Of a DNA stretch of 64,000 nucleotides, positions 24,538 through 37,423 are shown piece after piece. Every line of letters begins with the position of its first letter. Position 1 is the stretch's first letter. Below the pieces are notes generated by a model. The model was not told the origin of the DNA. It worked only from the letters and a program-made list of their open reading frames with translations, and ran no database searches. Source of the DNA: Antedon mediterranea (lineage: Eukaryota > Animalia > Echinodermata); contig NC_092680.1 in the NCBI RefSeq assembly GCF_964355755.1, positions 19,539,045 through 19,603,044 on the forward strand. Reading direction: 5' to 3'. The position numbers and the translations under genes were made by a program.

Positions 24538-25824
24538 GTTAAGTAAATCACATTATGTTATTTTGGTTTGTTCTTTTTGTGTGTACTAATTGTTTGATCT
24601 TTTTGTTAGGGTTACATGCTTAAAGCACTTGTGCTTATTTTGTATCCCATTCCATTATCTTATTATTTGTATTGTATTTGTATATGTTTTTATTTTGATT
24701 ATGGAATAAAAATGTCGATGAATTGAAATATAGGTAATATAACTTGAATTTTACATTTCTAGTATTTTTATTTAACTTCAGAGTTTTATTTTCATGCTAT
24801 AGCAAAAATTATCCACCGTATATCCACCATTTTGTTTCACCTTCTAAGGAGTCACCAGACATATTATTAATATTACATTAGGTTAAAATACATATAGGCC
24901 TAACTGAAAAAAAGGCTTCCTTGTTTTTATAGCAGAATTTTGCCAAATGTTGTATTTCACCATTTTAAGGGAAATTCATGCTTTTTCGATCGTTGTCTTG
25001 ATTTCTATTACAAATATTTGATTTATGTACAATTAACCAGATATTATATTTAAAAGCCATGCGTGTACCTTAAAGATACCTTGATATAGTAGCTCACCAG
25101 TATGCAAGCATGAAAACAGTCTAAATACGGGGCGCATTTTTTTTCAGTAATTCAGTAATTAATGCGCAATCTTCTTGTATTTTACAACATAACAATTACA
25201 ATATAAATACACAGACAATAAAACCTACACCGTACTATCCAAATTACCGTAAACAAAAATGTAAATTCAACTAAAAAAACTGACATCCCAAATAACTTAT
25301 AACATGCACTCGATTGTATAATGTATTTTCAATTAATTAAAAGGTCTTAGACTATTATCTAAATTAAACAAAAAAACTAACCGTGACTAATTCCATAAGT
25401 GAAGCTATATAGGCCTAAAGAAAATGTCTTAAATATAATGATTAGAGTAGTCAACAGAACTCTTGCTCTTATTTTAGCATTATGTTCAAAATACAAAAAA
25501 TGCTTCCAGAAGGCCTAAGTAGAACACGTTACTACTCATGGAGAATATTTAATTTGAAAATTTGATTATAAAATGCCTTCAAATCAACTAAAACATTGTG
25601 TAAGCTCTGAGATATTACGACACGAGTAAAGTATTCTGATGGGCATGCACACTTAATGTAATAGGTCTGGATTACCGGAACCTAAGAATTCACAACAGCA
25701 GCATAAATAATACAAATCTAACAATTCTCAGCTGCATGAAAGCACACCAACTTATTTTACTTTCGACTATACAGCCTGTCGATGTACGTCATACTCTTTT
25801 TTGATTTTTTTTCTGGCTTCCAAG

Positions 25825-27953
25825 TTATATAAAGTACCCGAACAAAATACGCAACAGCAGTAGAAATAATAGCATAAATAAAACAAATTTAACAATTCTC
25901 TTCACGAAAGCACACAAACTTATTTTACTTTCGACTACAGCCTGTCGATGTACGTCATACTCTTGTTGGATTTTGTGAATGACTTTACACAAATCGAGGT
26001 GTTTTTTCAAATCCAAATCATCTTCAGTTGGACCTTCACCCTCATCGTCAATTAGATAATTTTCTACAAATAGTGCCAATGACGCACCTTTAAAAAAAAA
26101 AATAAATATGACCCGGTTTAATAGGCTTAATGATAAATAGGTTTATTTGCTATCAATGATGGGGGGGGGGGGGGAATAGCAATAATATGATGATAAATAT
26201 CAGCTACGTGAATTGCAATAGGCCTAATAATAATAAAATCTGTACTACTGTTAATACTTCGATGTCTCTACATTACAGTAGTATAATGTTAAAAAGTAAA
26301 AATAAAAATGAAGGGCACGACACGTGATATTGTGATAGACAATTGTTTCAGCAAGACCATATTTAAATTTATAAATGTGATTTGGATTAATGGAAACAGA
26401 GGTGTAAATTATGCATAAATGGTCTTAAGCATGACTGGTCACACTGAAAACATGAATTATTAATGATAATAAAAAATCAGATTGATTGATATACGGTTCA
26501 ATAATGTTGAACAAAGAAAGTATTGATGAAATATTACAGTAGTTTACAATCTCAGTGTACTAACAATCAGATTTAGCACTCTTTAAAATCTTTAGGCTGT
26601 TCTCATTCTCTTCATTTCTGTACCTGGTTTTCCAAGAACATTGTTAAAACTTATAGTTACTTACCAAACTAGTTTGGTTAGTTTTCTTTTTTTCTTTAGA
26701 TTGCACTTCTTACACCATGGGTAGGGATATAATAATTATTATTATGATCCATGCTTACACAATAAGCTGCTCGGAAATTAATTTTGCATCAAAACAAAAA
26801 GGTAAGTTTAAAGGGGGAAAAAGAGCCAATGTATTGAGGATACTCACCGATACCAGTCAGTCTTGAGTGTATTTCAGTCTCTTGCCCTTGTGGTATCTCT
26901 TGTTTTGACGTCACGACAATGATAGGAATACACCCTGAATTAAGGTATTGTGACAAAGAAGAATATTTTATTAAAATTGACAATAAAGCAATAACAATAA
27001 GACAATAGATTAAAACAATGTTACCTGAAGATGATAGAATGGTAGATAAAATGGAATAATATTTTACCTGATGCAGCCTTTATATAGCTTATTACTTTCT
27101 CCAAAACTGAGTGTTCTGGGTCTTTTGAACTGTGAAAGTGTAAAATCTCAAATCACTTATATTGTTATTAATATAGGTATCAATATCGTATTACTAGTTA
27201 CGGTACAGTATAGTAACAAAATATAATTACCTAACAAGAAGTAAAGGAAAGTCCATTGGTTTACCAGGTACTTTCAAGAAGTTAAACCAATTTTTTTCCG
27301 GCTTCCAAGATACATCAGTAACATAATTTCGGCCCCCGTCTAAATTAAAAATGTTTCTTTAATGATGCCTTTATGAAAACATAAATTAATAATAATGGGT
27401 TTACAAAAGAAGAAACTGTGAGTAGTTAAAAATATCAATATCATTTAATCCAAGTTGACAAATATGATATTAATTTTTAGCCCTTTAAGAATAATATATT
27501 ATAGCGGAACAAAGACATGATAATATTATTTTTATTATTTGTAATTTTCGACATTTCTAACTTACTACAAATACGGCAGATTTCATCGTAGGTATACAGT
27601 GCTCCAGCAGGATACCCTCTTGTATCAACAAACTCCAAATTTCCAATTTTAACTATTCTAAGTTGATTTGTATTTCCACCTCCATGGTGTCCTCCCTTAC
27701 GAGAAGAAGGCAACTCTTGAACAAACTCACCAGGTGACTCTTTACTTCTGAATTTTGAAACCCAAAGTAAGCTATTTAGAAATGAACTTTTTCCACATCC
27801 GGATTGTCCAAAAACAACAATTCTGGGAGGCACATATGAAGAACGGTTTTCACTTGAAAAAGTGGGTCTCCACCTCCTGATGTCAATTGCCATTTTCTTT
27901 AATTTTGGCTCAAGTGAAGGTTGCGATACAGTGACTTTCTGAAATCTTTCCAT
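25825..27953 (-). CDS. IFI44-like P-loop GTPase-domain protein with C-terminal transmembrane anchor, 5 coding exons, about 302 aa
   Basis: Exons 27953-27566, 27339-27231, 27129-27068, 26934-26848 and 26087-25825 total 909 nt in frame with GT-AG. G1 RIVVFGQSGCGKSSFLNS, G3 DTRG, G4-like IIVVTSKQE, VENY (compare IFI44-family VKNY), and terminal hydrophobic helix FVLFMLLFLLLLRILFGYFI. Confidence 0.78.
26716..26753. mobile_element. Putative P-element excision footprint (38 bp)
   Basis: catgg...ccatg flanked by a perfect 7-bp direct repeat cttacac (26709-26715, 26754-26760). Confidence 0.65.
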
Positions 27954-29109
27954 GGCTATTTTTTTAAAAATATTGAAATCAGAGCTCTGATTTAAAATAT
28001 ACATCGTCAACAGTAATAGTAAATACATTTATAGAAGTACAATACAGACACAAAAAACATGACTGAAAATGTATGTTATTGTATGAAAGGTTCATTGGCG
28101 CAATTTTGATGTGGTTAATCAAGAACTCAAAAGAAAAATGAAAATACTGTCCAAATATTGTCCCGAATTACATAATGTAGTCAGAAAAGGGGGGAAAGAG
28201 TGCAGAAATACAAGTAGGCTATAATATATATTGTAATAGTATAGTAAGCCTAGAACTATAATTTCAAGTTGTTAAACTGAGAATTTTAAAATATTCATTT
28301 CGTACCTTAGATAAAGTAAAACGTCACATAGACCGAGTATTTCTAGACTGATTAATTATGACGACCAAAATAAACGTTATGCCACGTTAAACTCAGTAAA
28401 TGTAATACCATCACCATCACACATGCTATTCCAAAAATAATAACAGAATGTTTATGATGAGGGAGACAAATATCTATCAACAACCCGTACCCGTATAGGT
28501 TCAAAATATCACTCTCCTTGGTGCAGTTTCGTCCAACCAAAATTACACAAAATGTTTGGCTCCTTGCCTTTCCTCATTTATAAAACAATCATCCAAACGT
28601 TGGTCAATAAGTCAGTATGACGAATGAAACGACTGTTAAGCATCAGAACGAAATAATAAAAAATATCTTGATGATTACTGTACTCTTTGGTGCAATCTGC
28701 TATTTGTTCTTGTTTGTAATGTGTTTGCCGAAATGAATAAAAATGTATTTTATTCACATAGTGTTGTATGCGTATTGACAATATAAGCAAAACACATTTC
28801 AAATAAAAACATCACTCTTAAAAGTATTGAATTACCGTACCTGGTTATCAGTTCTGTCATCACCATACTATATAAGTGCTCAGTTCATAGAATAATACAT
28901 AGTACCGAGAATCAGGGTAAATCTATTGGGTTCATTCTTATTATTTGCATAGTAATACAATCAAGATATTGTACAGCTGTTAATACAAATGTGTAGGTCT
29001 CAATATACCGAGTGAAAGTGCTTAATATGATGGAGCAGATTACTCGTGAACAATACTTAACTTAAAATTGTAATTGAATATTAAAATAACTGTAATAAAA
29101 ATACTTTTA

Positions 29110-29272
29110 CGCAAGGGCGTGTGGCGCAGTGTGTTGGATTCAAAACTGCCTCTTGTAAGTATCAGAGAGGTGGTCGCTTACGAGAAGTAGTGGTCGCTGA
29201 GATAATTGGTTTACTTACGAGAGGTGTATGGTCGATTATGAGAAGCGGTCCCTTATAAGAAGAGGTGGTCGT
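29110..29272. repeat. Degenerate interspersed repeat fragment with gaggtggtcgcttacga sub-repeats
   Basis: About 5 degenerate copies of a gaggtggtcgctta motif, preceded by ggcgtgtggcgcagtg (resembles a tRNA A-box head). Confidence 0.4.
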
Positions 29273-30133
29273 GTTTCATAATTTTTATTCAGTTTTTACA
29301 CGATTTAGTTCAGGACAATGGGGATAATTAAAATATTTTAAAATCCCCATTCTTTTGTATACAATTAAAATGTTTAACATTGTAAACAAGGGAAAACTAT
29401 TCTCTGTACATGAATACCGTAATTCTTCTAATTGTAACCCTGGGTATTCTTTGATTGTTTTTTAGTGTGGGTCAGCAAATCATAGCAAAATAATAAAACA
29501 GTACGAATAAAATAAATTTGTTTGAACTTTATTTTATAAACTCAAAAACATTCAATCCTCCCCACTCCCGAGATCAACATGCATTATCTCCTCTTTTTCA
29601 AAATACGGCTGCATCATAAACGACCAGTCTTCATAAATTTTGTCAATAGTTTTTGTGACTCTAATATTAGATAGTGGGTTATTATTATAGATTGACTTAT
29701 GGGTGGGTGGGTTACTATGAATAAAAGGAGGGTTACTATTATGAGGGTTACGGTATACAGAATGCAAAATATAGTAACATTCATTCTTCTCAAAACTAAA
29801 AATGTACGATTTCTGTCATGTGATGATCTACTATCTTTTATTTTAAGCAATAAATACAAAACAATATTTGGTATCATTCACTTTTATTCGACTGTATAAA
29901 CTCTAAAAACTTTTTTTTTTACGGTCTTGTTTAACATATCCACGTGTGGAAAATAAGATAATTAAGTCATTGTGTCACAAATGACCATGTCACAACATAC
30001 AATTTCGATTAAATATATGATACAGATCTAGCATATATTAAATACAAGTCTGTTTTTAATCTTTATTTTTTATATCATTGTAACATTTTCTTGTTTTTTT
30101 AGACATCAACCACAACAATTATCACAATTGATC

Positions 30134-30156
30134 CATGGAGGTATTATACCTCCATG
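30134..30156. mobile_element. Putative P-element excision footprint (23 bp)
   Basis: catggaggta-tta-tacctccatg has perfect 10-bp inverted arms; flanks attgatc and attgatt match 6/7. Confidence 0.65.
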
Positions 30157-30738
30157 ATTGATTACTACTGTATCTAAATAATTAACATATTTGGTATAAA
30201 AATATGTTAGAGACATAGGAATGCGAATGAAAAAATAAAACCTAAATTAGCTCGCAAAACAACAATTACATCACATATATGGTGGAAGGTAGGCCTACAA
30301 TTAAAATTAAATCTTTTGTTTTTACACAAACAAATATTTTAGTAACAACATCTGATACTACTGTATATATCATGTATGTAATGTAGGAGGGACGAGTACA
30401 TTTGGTTCACTAGATTAATAACAATAGCTACAGGCATAGAACCACTGATTCACATAAATATTAATAGTATTTAATAGCAAAAAGCATTTTTTTCTATTTA
30501 TATAAACCAATAAGCAACATTTCATCAGACTATGCAGAACCATATAACTAATCATTCCAAGCTATATTGACTGAAATATAATAACACTTTAAAACCTAAA
30601 TTGTCACTTTCATTTGTTCCCAACTAAATGCATAAATGATGGATACTACTGGAAAAGAAAAACTTCCAAACAATCAGTATAGTATGTAATTGACTGGTTA
30701 CAATTATAAATGATTTGCACTCAATAATAAATTACATT

Positions 30739-33055
30739 TAAATTGAATTAATTGAACAATGGACAGAATCTTTCTGAATTTGAAGAACCAAGATCAATTG
30801 TCTGCTGGCAGCCTCACACATTGTCACCTGAAACAAAAATAAACAGAAAGTGTATTAAAACCTCATACAATTACACATAAACTCTGGGTAAGGCATTTAA
30901 TAAAGAGAATTCAGTATCATTGTTATTCATATTCAATATTAGGTACAATGTTAAAAGTAGAAAAAGCCAATAACAGTTGTATTTATTATACGTACGGCAC
31001 ACACAGTAGTAATAGCAGTATATACAATGAGACATGGTTACTAAAAGAACTGTAAATTCATATGTAAGTGATTGTTTCATTTTATGTTTATAATAATTGT
31101 TTGTTGCTATATACACAAACATAGTGGTATCAGTGTACAAGACATAGTTACTTGTGAGGGAAACAATTCATTTTAAATCATTGATCACTAGCATGAATAC
31201 TTTGCATAAATCAAATGTACTTACTTGATCATTTAGCAGCTTTATAGTTCTGATAACTTGGCTTCAGTTGCTTTTCTCCCCATTCAACTTTAACTGATAA
31301 AAAAAAAAAGAAGTACAGTGTCAAAGGTTACTATATGTAATTCTAGAACAATATCTTGTCGTTTGAATAAACACCACCCCTATGAAACTTCTTTTAGAAT
31401 AAATGCCTCTTGAAACAACATACCTAGGCATTTATTTTTCACTCAAATAAACACCCTACTTATTCATTTATACAACTACAGAGTGCTGTTAAAAATAGCG
31501 TATCTGGACAACGTCCATCTTGACAAATACCCGCTAGGACAACTGCCCTAAGATAGTAGGCCCACTGTTTCAGACACCTTTATATCCATAGTTATAACCA
31601 GAAATTCTCAAACAAAGTATATTTGTATACTGTACAAGAAACGTTTACCAACAACTACATACCTTATAACTCTTCAAACTTGTTCAGCAGTGAATCATTT
31701 TCTTTAAGATTTTCATTTTTATATTCTTTCTAAAGATTCATTTTGTGCCTTTAATTTTGATATTTCTTCTAAATAATTGCACTTCACCTATAGTAATATA
31801 AACCAGGGATATTAACAGTTATTTGTTTTTATTATTTGCATACATGTTGTACAATAAAAAAAAAGCGAGGGAAGGTAGCACTTTTTAATGATGCTCCTTG
31901 GTAAGAAAAGACATAAAAATACAATACATTTTATCAAGAAATATACATAAGAAACATAATATATTATATAAATAGGAGTGCATGGACAAGGAAAGAGTAA
32001 TTGGAAATTTAGGAACAAAGCTAAAAGACAAGGGGATCTGGAATCCAATGCAAAATGATGTGTCACATGGTTCAAAAGGATATCCACTAATTTAAATATT
32101 ATATTATACCATAAAATTATTACTTTTACTTACTTACTTGCAGTTTAACTGTAAGTATGCAATCTGCCCTGTAAGCAGCAAGGTACAGGCAACTCTGAAA
32201 TTGTGGAATTATAGTTAGTAAACTTACTTCAGATTGTCTTTATTCCATGTAATAAAGATGTATCTTCCAACGGGTTGGTCCTTTTTTCCCTGCTGTTCCA
32301 TCCTGTATGTCCATAGTATTCAATTGTCGTACATGTATCTCTGCTGTTTCTGATACTGACAGGCTGGTCCAGATATAGTCTGTCAACTCTGAAATTGTAG
32401 AATCATGGTTAGTAAGCTTACCTTTGATTTTTCCTTCAATGTAAAAAAAAACAACTGAATCTTCCAATGAATCCTGTTTACTGCTATTCCACTCTGAATG
32501 TCAAAGTGCTGCACATGTATCTCGAATAGTCCTGATCCAGACAGGCTGGTCCGGATATAATCTACTATACCCAGTGTCCAAGTGATACACATGTATCTCT
32601 GGTAGACTGGCTTGTCTGGATATATTAAATCCATCAACTCTGAAATTGTGGAATCAAGGTTAGTAAACTTACTTTTGATTGTAAAAGACTGAATTTCCAA
32701 TGTATCCTCTTTTCTGCTATTCCACCCTGTCCATTGTCCAAGTGCTGCATATGTATCTCAGATGGTCCTGATCCAGGTGGGCTGGTCCTGATCCAGGTGG
32801 GCTTGTCCTGATCCAGACAGGCTGGTCCCGATGTAATCTGCTATACCCGTGTCCAAGTGTTGCACATGTATCTGAGATGGTCTTCATCCAGACAGGCTGG
32901 TCCATATATTTTCTGCTATACCCAGTATCCAAGTGCTGCACATGTATATCTGATGATCCTGATCCGGACGGACTGGTCCGGAAATAATCTGCTATACGAG
33001 CAATTCTATAAATGCTTAGGAAAAACTGTGGTTACTTGTAGGAATACCTTACCTT
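30739..33055 (-). pseudogene. Degenerate spliced coiled-coil coding remnants (3' part of a decayed gene or lncRNA)
   Basis: Exon-like segments with GT-AG ends at about 31787-31663 (VKCNYLEEISKLKAQNESLE, then frameshift and stop), 31293-31225 (in-frame TGA) and 30827 onward. 32138-33000 holds frameshifted internal repeats of SKFTNLDSTISEL. Confidence 0.45.
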
Positions 33056-33171
33056 AATATCAATGCCATCTACACATTTACAAAAAATAACATGATTTGA
33101 AATGCACTAAAACTTAAACTTCTAGATTCTTAGCTACACTTTATTAGTTAGTGAATATTTACTATAAGATG

Positions 33172-35096
33172 CCACCTTACACATAAAATACATTTACACA
33201 AAATTAACCTGATTTAATACCAAGATATAATGTTACCTTACACATTATATAAAATAGATTTACCAAAAAATAACCTGATTTAATACTAATATATAATGTT
33301 ACCTTACACATTATATAAAATACATTTACCAAAAAATAACCTCATTTAATACCAATATATAATGTTACCTTACACATTATATAAAATACATTTACCAAAA
33401 AATAACATTTAATACCAATATATAATGTTACCTTACACATTATATAAAATACATTTACCAAAAAATAACCTTTAATACCAAGAAATGTTACCTTACACAT
33501 TATATAAAATGCATTTACCAAAAAATAACCTGATTTAATACCAAGATATAATGTTACCTTACACATTATATAAAATACATTTACCAAAAAATAACCTGAT
33601 TTAATACCAATATATAATGTTACCTTACACATATAAAATACATTTACCAAAAAATAACCTTTAATACCAAGAAATGTTACCTTACACATTATATAAAATG
33701 CATTTACCAAAAAATAACCTGATTTAATACCAATATATAATGTTACCTTACAAATTATATGAAATGCATTGACCAAAAAATAACCTGATTTAGTACCAAG
33801 ATATAATGTTACCTTACACATTATATAAAATAGATTTACCAAAAAATAACCCGATTTCAATGCCAAGATATAATGTTACCTTACACATTATATAAAATGC
33901 ATTTACCAAAAAATAACCTGATTTCAATACCAAGATATATTGTTACCTTACACATAAAATACATTTACACAAAATTAACCTGATTTAATACCAAGATATA
34001 ATGTTACCTTACACATTATATAAAATAGATTTACCAAAAAATAACCCGATTTCAATGCCAAGATATAATGTTACCTTACACATTATATAAAATGCATTTA
34101 CCAAAAAATAACCTGATTTCAATACCAAGATATATTGTTACCTTACACATAAAATACATTTACACAAAATTAACCTGATTTAATACCAAGATATAATGTT
34201 ACCTTACACATTATATAAAATGCATTTACCAAAAAATAACCTGATTTAATACCAATATATAATGTTACCTTACACATTATATAAAATACATTTACCAAAA
34301 AATAACCTGATTTAATACCAATATATAATGTTACCTTACACATTATATAAAATACATTTACCAAAAAATAACCTTTAATACCAAGAAATGTTACCTTACA
34401 CATATAAAATGCATTTACCAAAAAATAACCTGATTTAATACCAAGATATAATGTTACCTTACACATTATATAAAATACATTTACCAAAAAATAACCCGAT
34501 TTAATACCAATATATAATGTTACCTTACACATTATATGAAATGCATTTACCAAAAAATAACCTGATTTAGTACCAAGATATAATGTTACCTTACACATTA
34601 TATAAAATAGATTTACCAAAAAATAACCCGATTTCAATGCCAAGATATAATGTTACCTTACACATTATATAAAATGCATTTACCAAAAAATAACCTGATT
34701 TCAATACCAAGATATAATGTTACCTTACACATTATATAAAATACATTTACCAAAAAATAACCTGATTTAATACCAAGATATAATGTTAGCTTACACATTA
34801 TATAAAATGCATTTATCAAAAAATAACCTGATTTCAATACCAAGATATAATGTTAGCTTACACATTATATAAAATGCATTTACCAAAAAATAACCTGATT
34901 TAGTACCAAGATATAATGTTACCTTACACATTATATAAAATACATTTACCAAAAAATAACCTGATTTCAATACCAAGATATAATGTTACCTTACACATTA
35001 TATAAAATGCATTTATCAAAAAATAACCTGATTTAATACCAAGATAAAATGTTACCTTACACATTATATAAAATACATTTACCAAAAAATAACCTT
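33172..35096. repeat. 66-bp tandem array, about 29 copies
   Basis: Unit aatgttaccttacacattatataaaatacatttaccaaaaaataacctgatttaataccaagatat; 22-aa periodicity in the ORF track. Confidence 0.95.
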
Positions 35097-35134
35097 TAAT
35101 AAATTTTTTTCTTATTCAAATTGTAATAATAAAA

Positions 35135-36775
35135 TTCATGAAAAACAATAAATATTAAGCTAAGGGAAAGAAACCTGTAAATCATTAGCATATTAATAAA
35201 ATACATAAGAAAAACAATCAATATTATGCTAATGAGGGACAAAAAACTGTAAATAATTAGCATATTAATTAATAAATACATAGAAAAACAATCAATATTA
35301 TGCTAATGAGGGAAAGAACCCTGCAAATCATTAGCATATTAATTAATAAAATACATAAAAAACCATCAATATTATGCTAATAAGGGAAAGAAACCTGTAA
35401 ATCATTAGCATATTAATTAATAAAATACATAGAAAAACAATCAATATTATGCTAATAAGGGGGAAAAAACCTGTAAATCATTAGCATATTAATTAATAAA
35501 ATACACATGAAAAACAATCAATATTATGCTAATAAGGGAAAGAAACCTGTAAATCATTAGCATATTAATTAATAAAATACACATGAAAAACAATCATTAT
35601 GCTAATAAAGAAAAGAAACCTGTAAATCATTAGCATATTAATTAATAAAATACATATGAAAAACAATCAATATTATGCTAATAAAGAAAAAAAACTTGTA
35701 AATCATTAGCATATTAATTAATAAAATACATAGAAAAACAATAAATATTATTCTAATAAAGAAAAAAAATCTGCAAATCATTAGCATATTAAATAATAAA
35801 ATACATATAAAAACAATAAATATTATGCTAATAAGGGAAAGAAACCTGTAAATCATTAGCATATTATTTAATAAAAATACATAAAAAAACAATAAATATT
35901 ACAATTACATGCTAATAAGAGAAAAAAACCTGTAAATCATTAGCATATTAATTAATAAAATACATAAAAAAAGAATCAATATTATGCTAATAAGGGAAAG
36001 AAACCTATAAATCATTAGCATAATAAATAATAAAATACCTAGACAAACAATCAATATTATGCTAATAGAAGAAACCTGTAAATCATTAGCATATTAATTA
36101 ATGAAATACCTACAAAAACAATCAATATTATGCTAATAAGGAAAAGAAATCTGTAAATCATTAGCATATTAATTAATAAAATACATAGAAAAACAATCAA
36201 TATTATGCTAATAAAGGAAAAACCTGTAAATCATTAGCATATTAAATAATAAAATACATAGAAAAACAATCAATATTATGCTAATAAAGAAAAGAAACCT
36301 GTAAATCATTAGCATATTAAATAATAAAATACATAGAAAAACAATCAATATTATTCTAATAAGGAAAAGAAACCTGTAAATCATTAGCATATTAATTAAT
36401 AAAATACATAGAAAAACAATCAATATTATTCTAATAAAGAAAAGAAACCTGTAAATCATTAGCATAATAATTAATAAAATACATAGAAAAACAATCAATA
36501 TTATGCTAATAAGGGAAAGAAACCTGTAAATCATTAGCATAATAATTAATAAAATACATAGAAAAACAATCAATATTATTCTAATAAGGAAAAGAAACCT
36601 GTAAATCATTAGCATATTAATTAATAAAATACATAGAAAAACAATCAATATTATGTTATATTAAGGAAAAGAAACATGTAAATCATTAGCATATTTTATT
36701 AATGAAATATATATAAACACAATCAATATTATGCCAATGAGTGGGAAAAACCTGTAAATCATTAGCATATTAAAA
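35135..36775. repeat. 75-bp AT-rich tandem array, about 22 copies
   Basis: Unit aaacctgtaaatcattagcatattaattaataaaatacatagaaaaacaatcaatattatgctaataagggaaag; 25-aa periodicity in the ORF track. Confidence 0.95.
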
Positions 36776-37423
36776 TATTAATGTTTACCATTTACAGCAT
36801 CCCATACTTACAGCGAGCTGTTACAATCCTAAAATCTGCTCTAAATGTGGTAGATGATAAAAGAGTCCATGATATCTATGGCTTGTCACATTCTCTTGAT
36901 TTATTTAAGTGGACCAACAAGGAACCATCAAGATCTAAAAAGAACACTGGAGAAGAAAAATAGTACATCATGCTTACCTTAATCAAACTTACCCCAACTG
37001 CAATGGCAACGCATAGATCATGGACATCCCATAATACAGACAGCCTATAAGAACTTTGCCATCTGTGGTCCATTTGGTCGTCTCTCCTACAAAGTATAGA
37101 AACCATGTGCTCGCTCGGGGAGAGAGAATGTATCATAAAAACATGTACATGTCAATAAGGGTAGCCATGGATTTCATTTTAGTTTACTATTTTGGAAAAT
37201 TGTTATTCATCTGGTGACACATTTATTGTGTTAAATTATTGGATGGAGATTATTTTTAGGGTATTCAATTAAAAAAAAAATAAACATTTCTTTTATGTAT
37301 ATAAAATATCCTTTACCAATGACATCATACTTACACAACATAAATACTTAAGAAATAGTGTCCATTATGAATTGTTTACAAAACAAACCATAGATATTCA
37401 GTACAGAAAGAAATCATATGTCT

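Larger units (their letters stand above)
19730..24730 (+). mobile_element. Apparently full-length non-LTR retrotransposon (CR1/L2/Crack group); boundaries approximate
   Basis: ORF1, an about 890-bp spacer, an APE-RT ORF2, then a T-rich 3' UTR ending aataaa...gaattgaaa. Confidence 0.9.

Noticed and set aside
19593-24734. gaattgaaattagg (19593) and gaattgaaatatagg (24720) as the LINE target-site duplication
   Set aside because: Imperfect, AT-rich and similar to the element's own tail, so it cannot fix the 5' boundary.
31225-31293. In-frame TGA as a possible selenocysteine codon
   Set aside because: Neighbouring exon-like segments also carry TAA stops and frameshifts and I could not see a SECIS element; decay is the simpler explanation.
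33342-36648. Hydrophobic multi-pass membrane protein ORFs
   Set aside because: These are translations of the AT-rich 66- and 75-bp tandem arrays.
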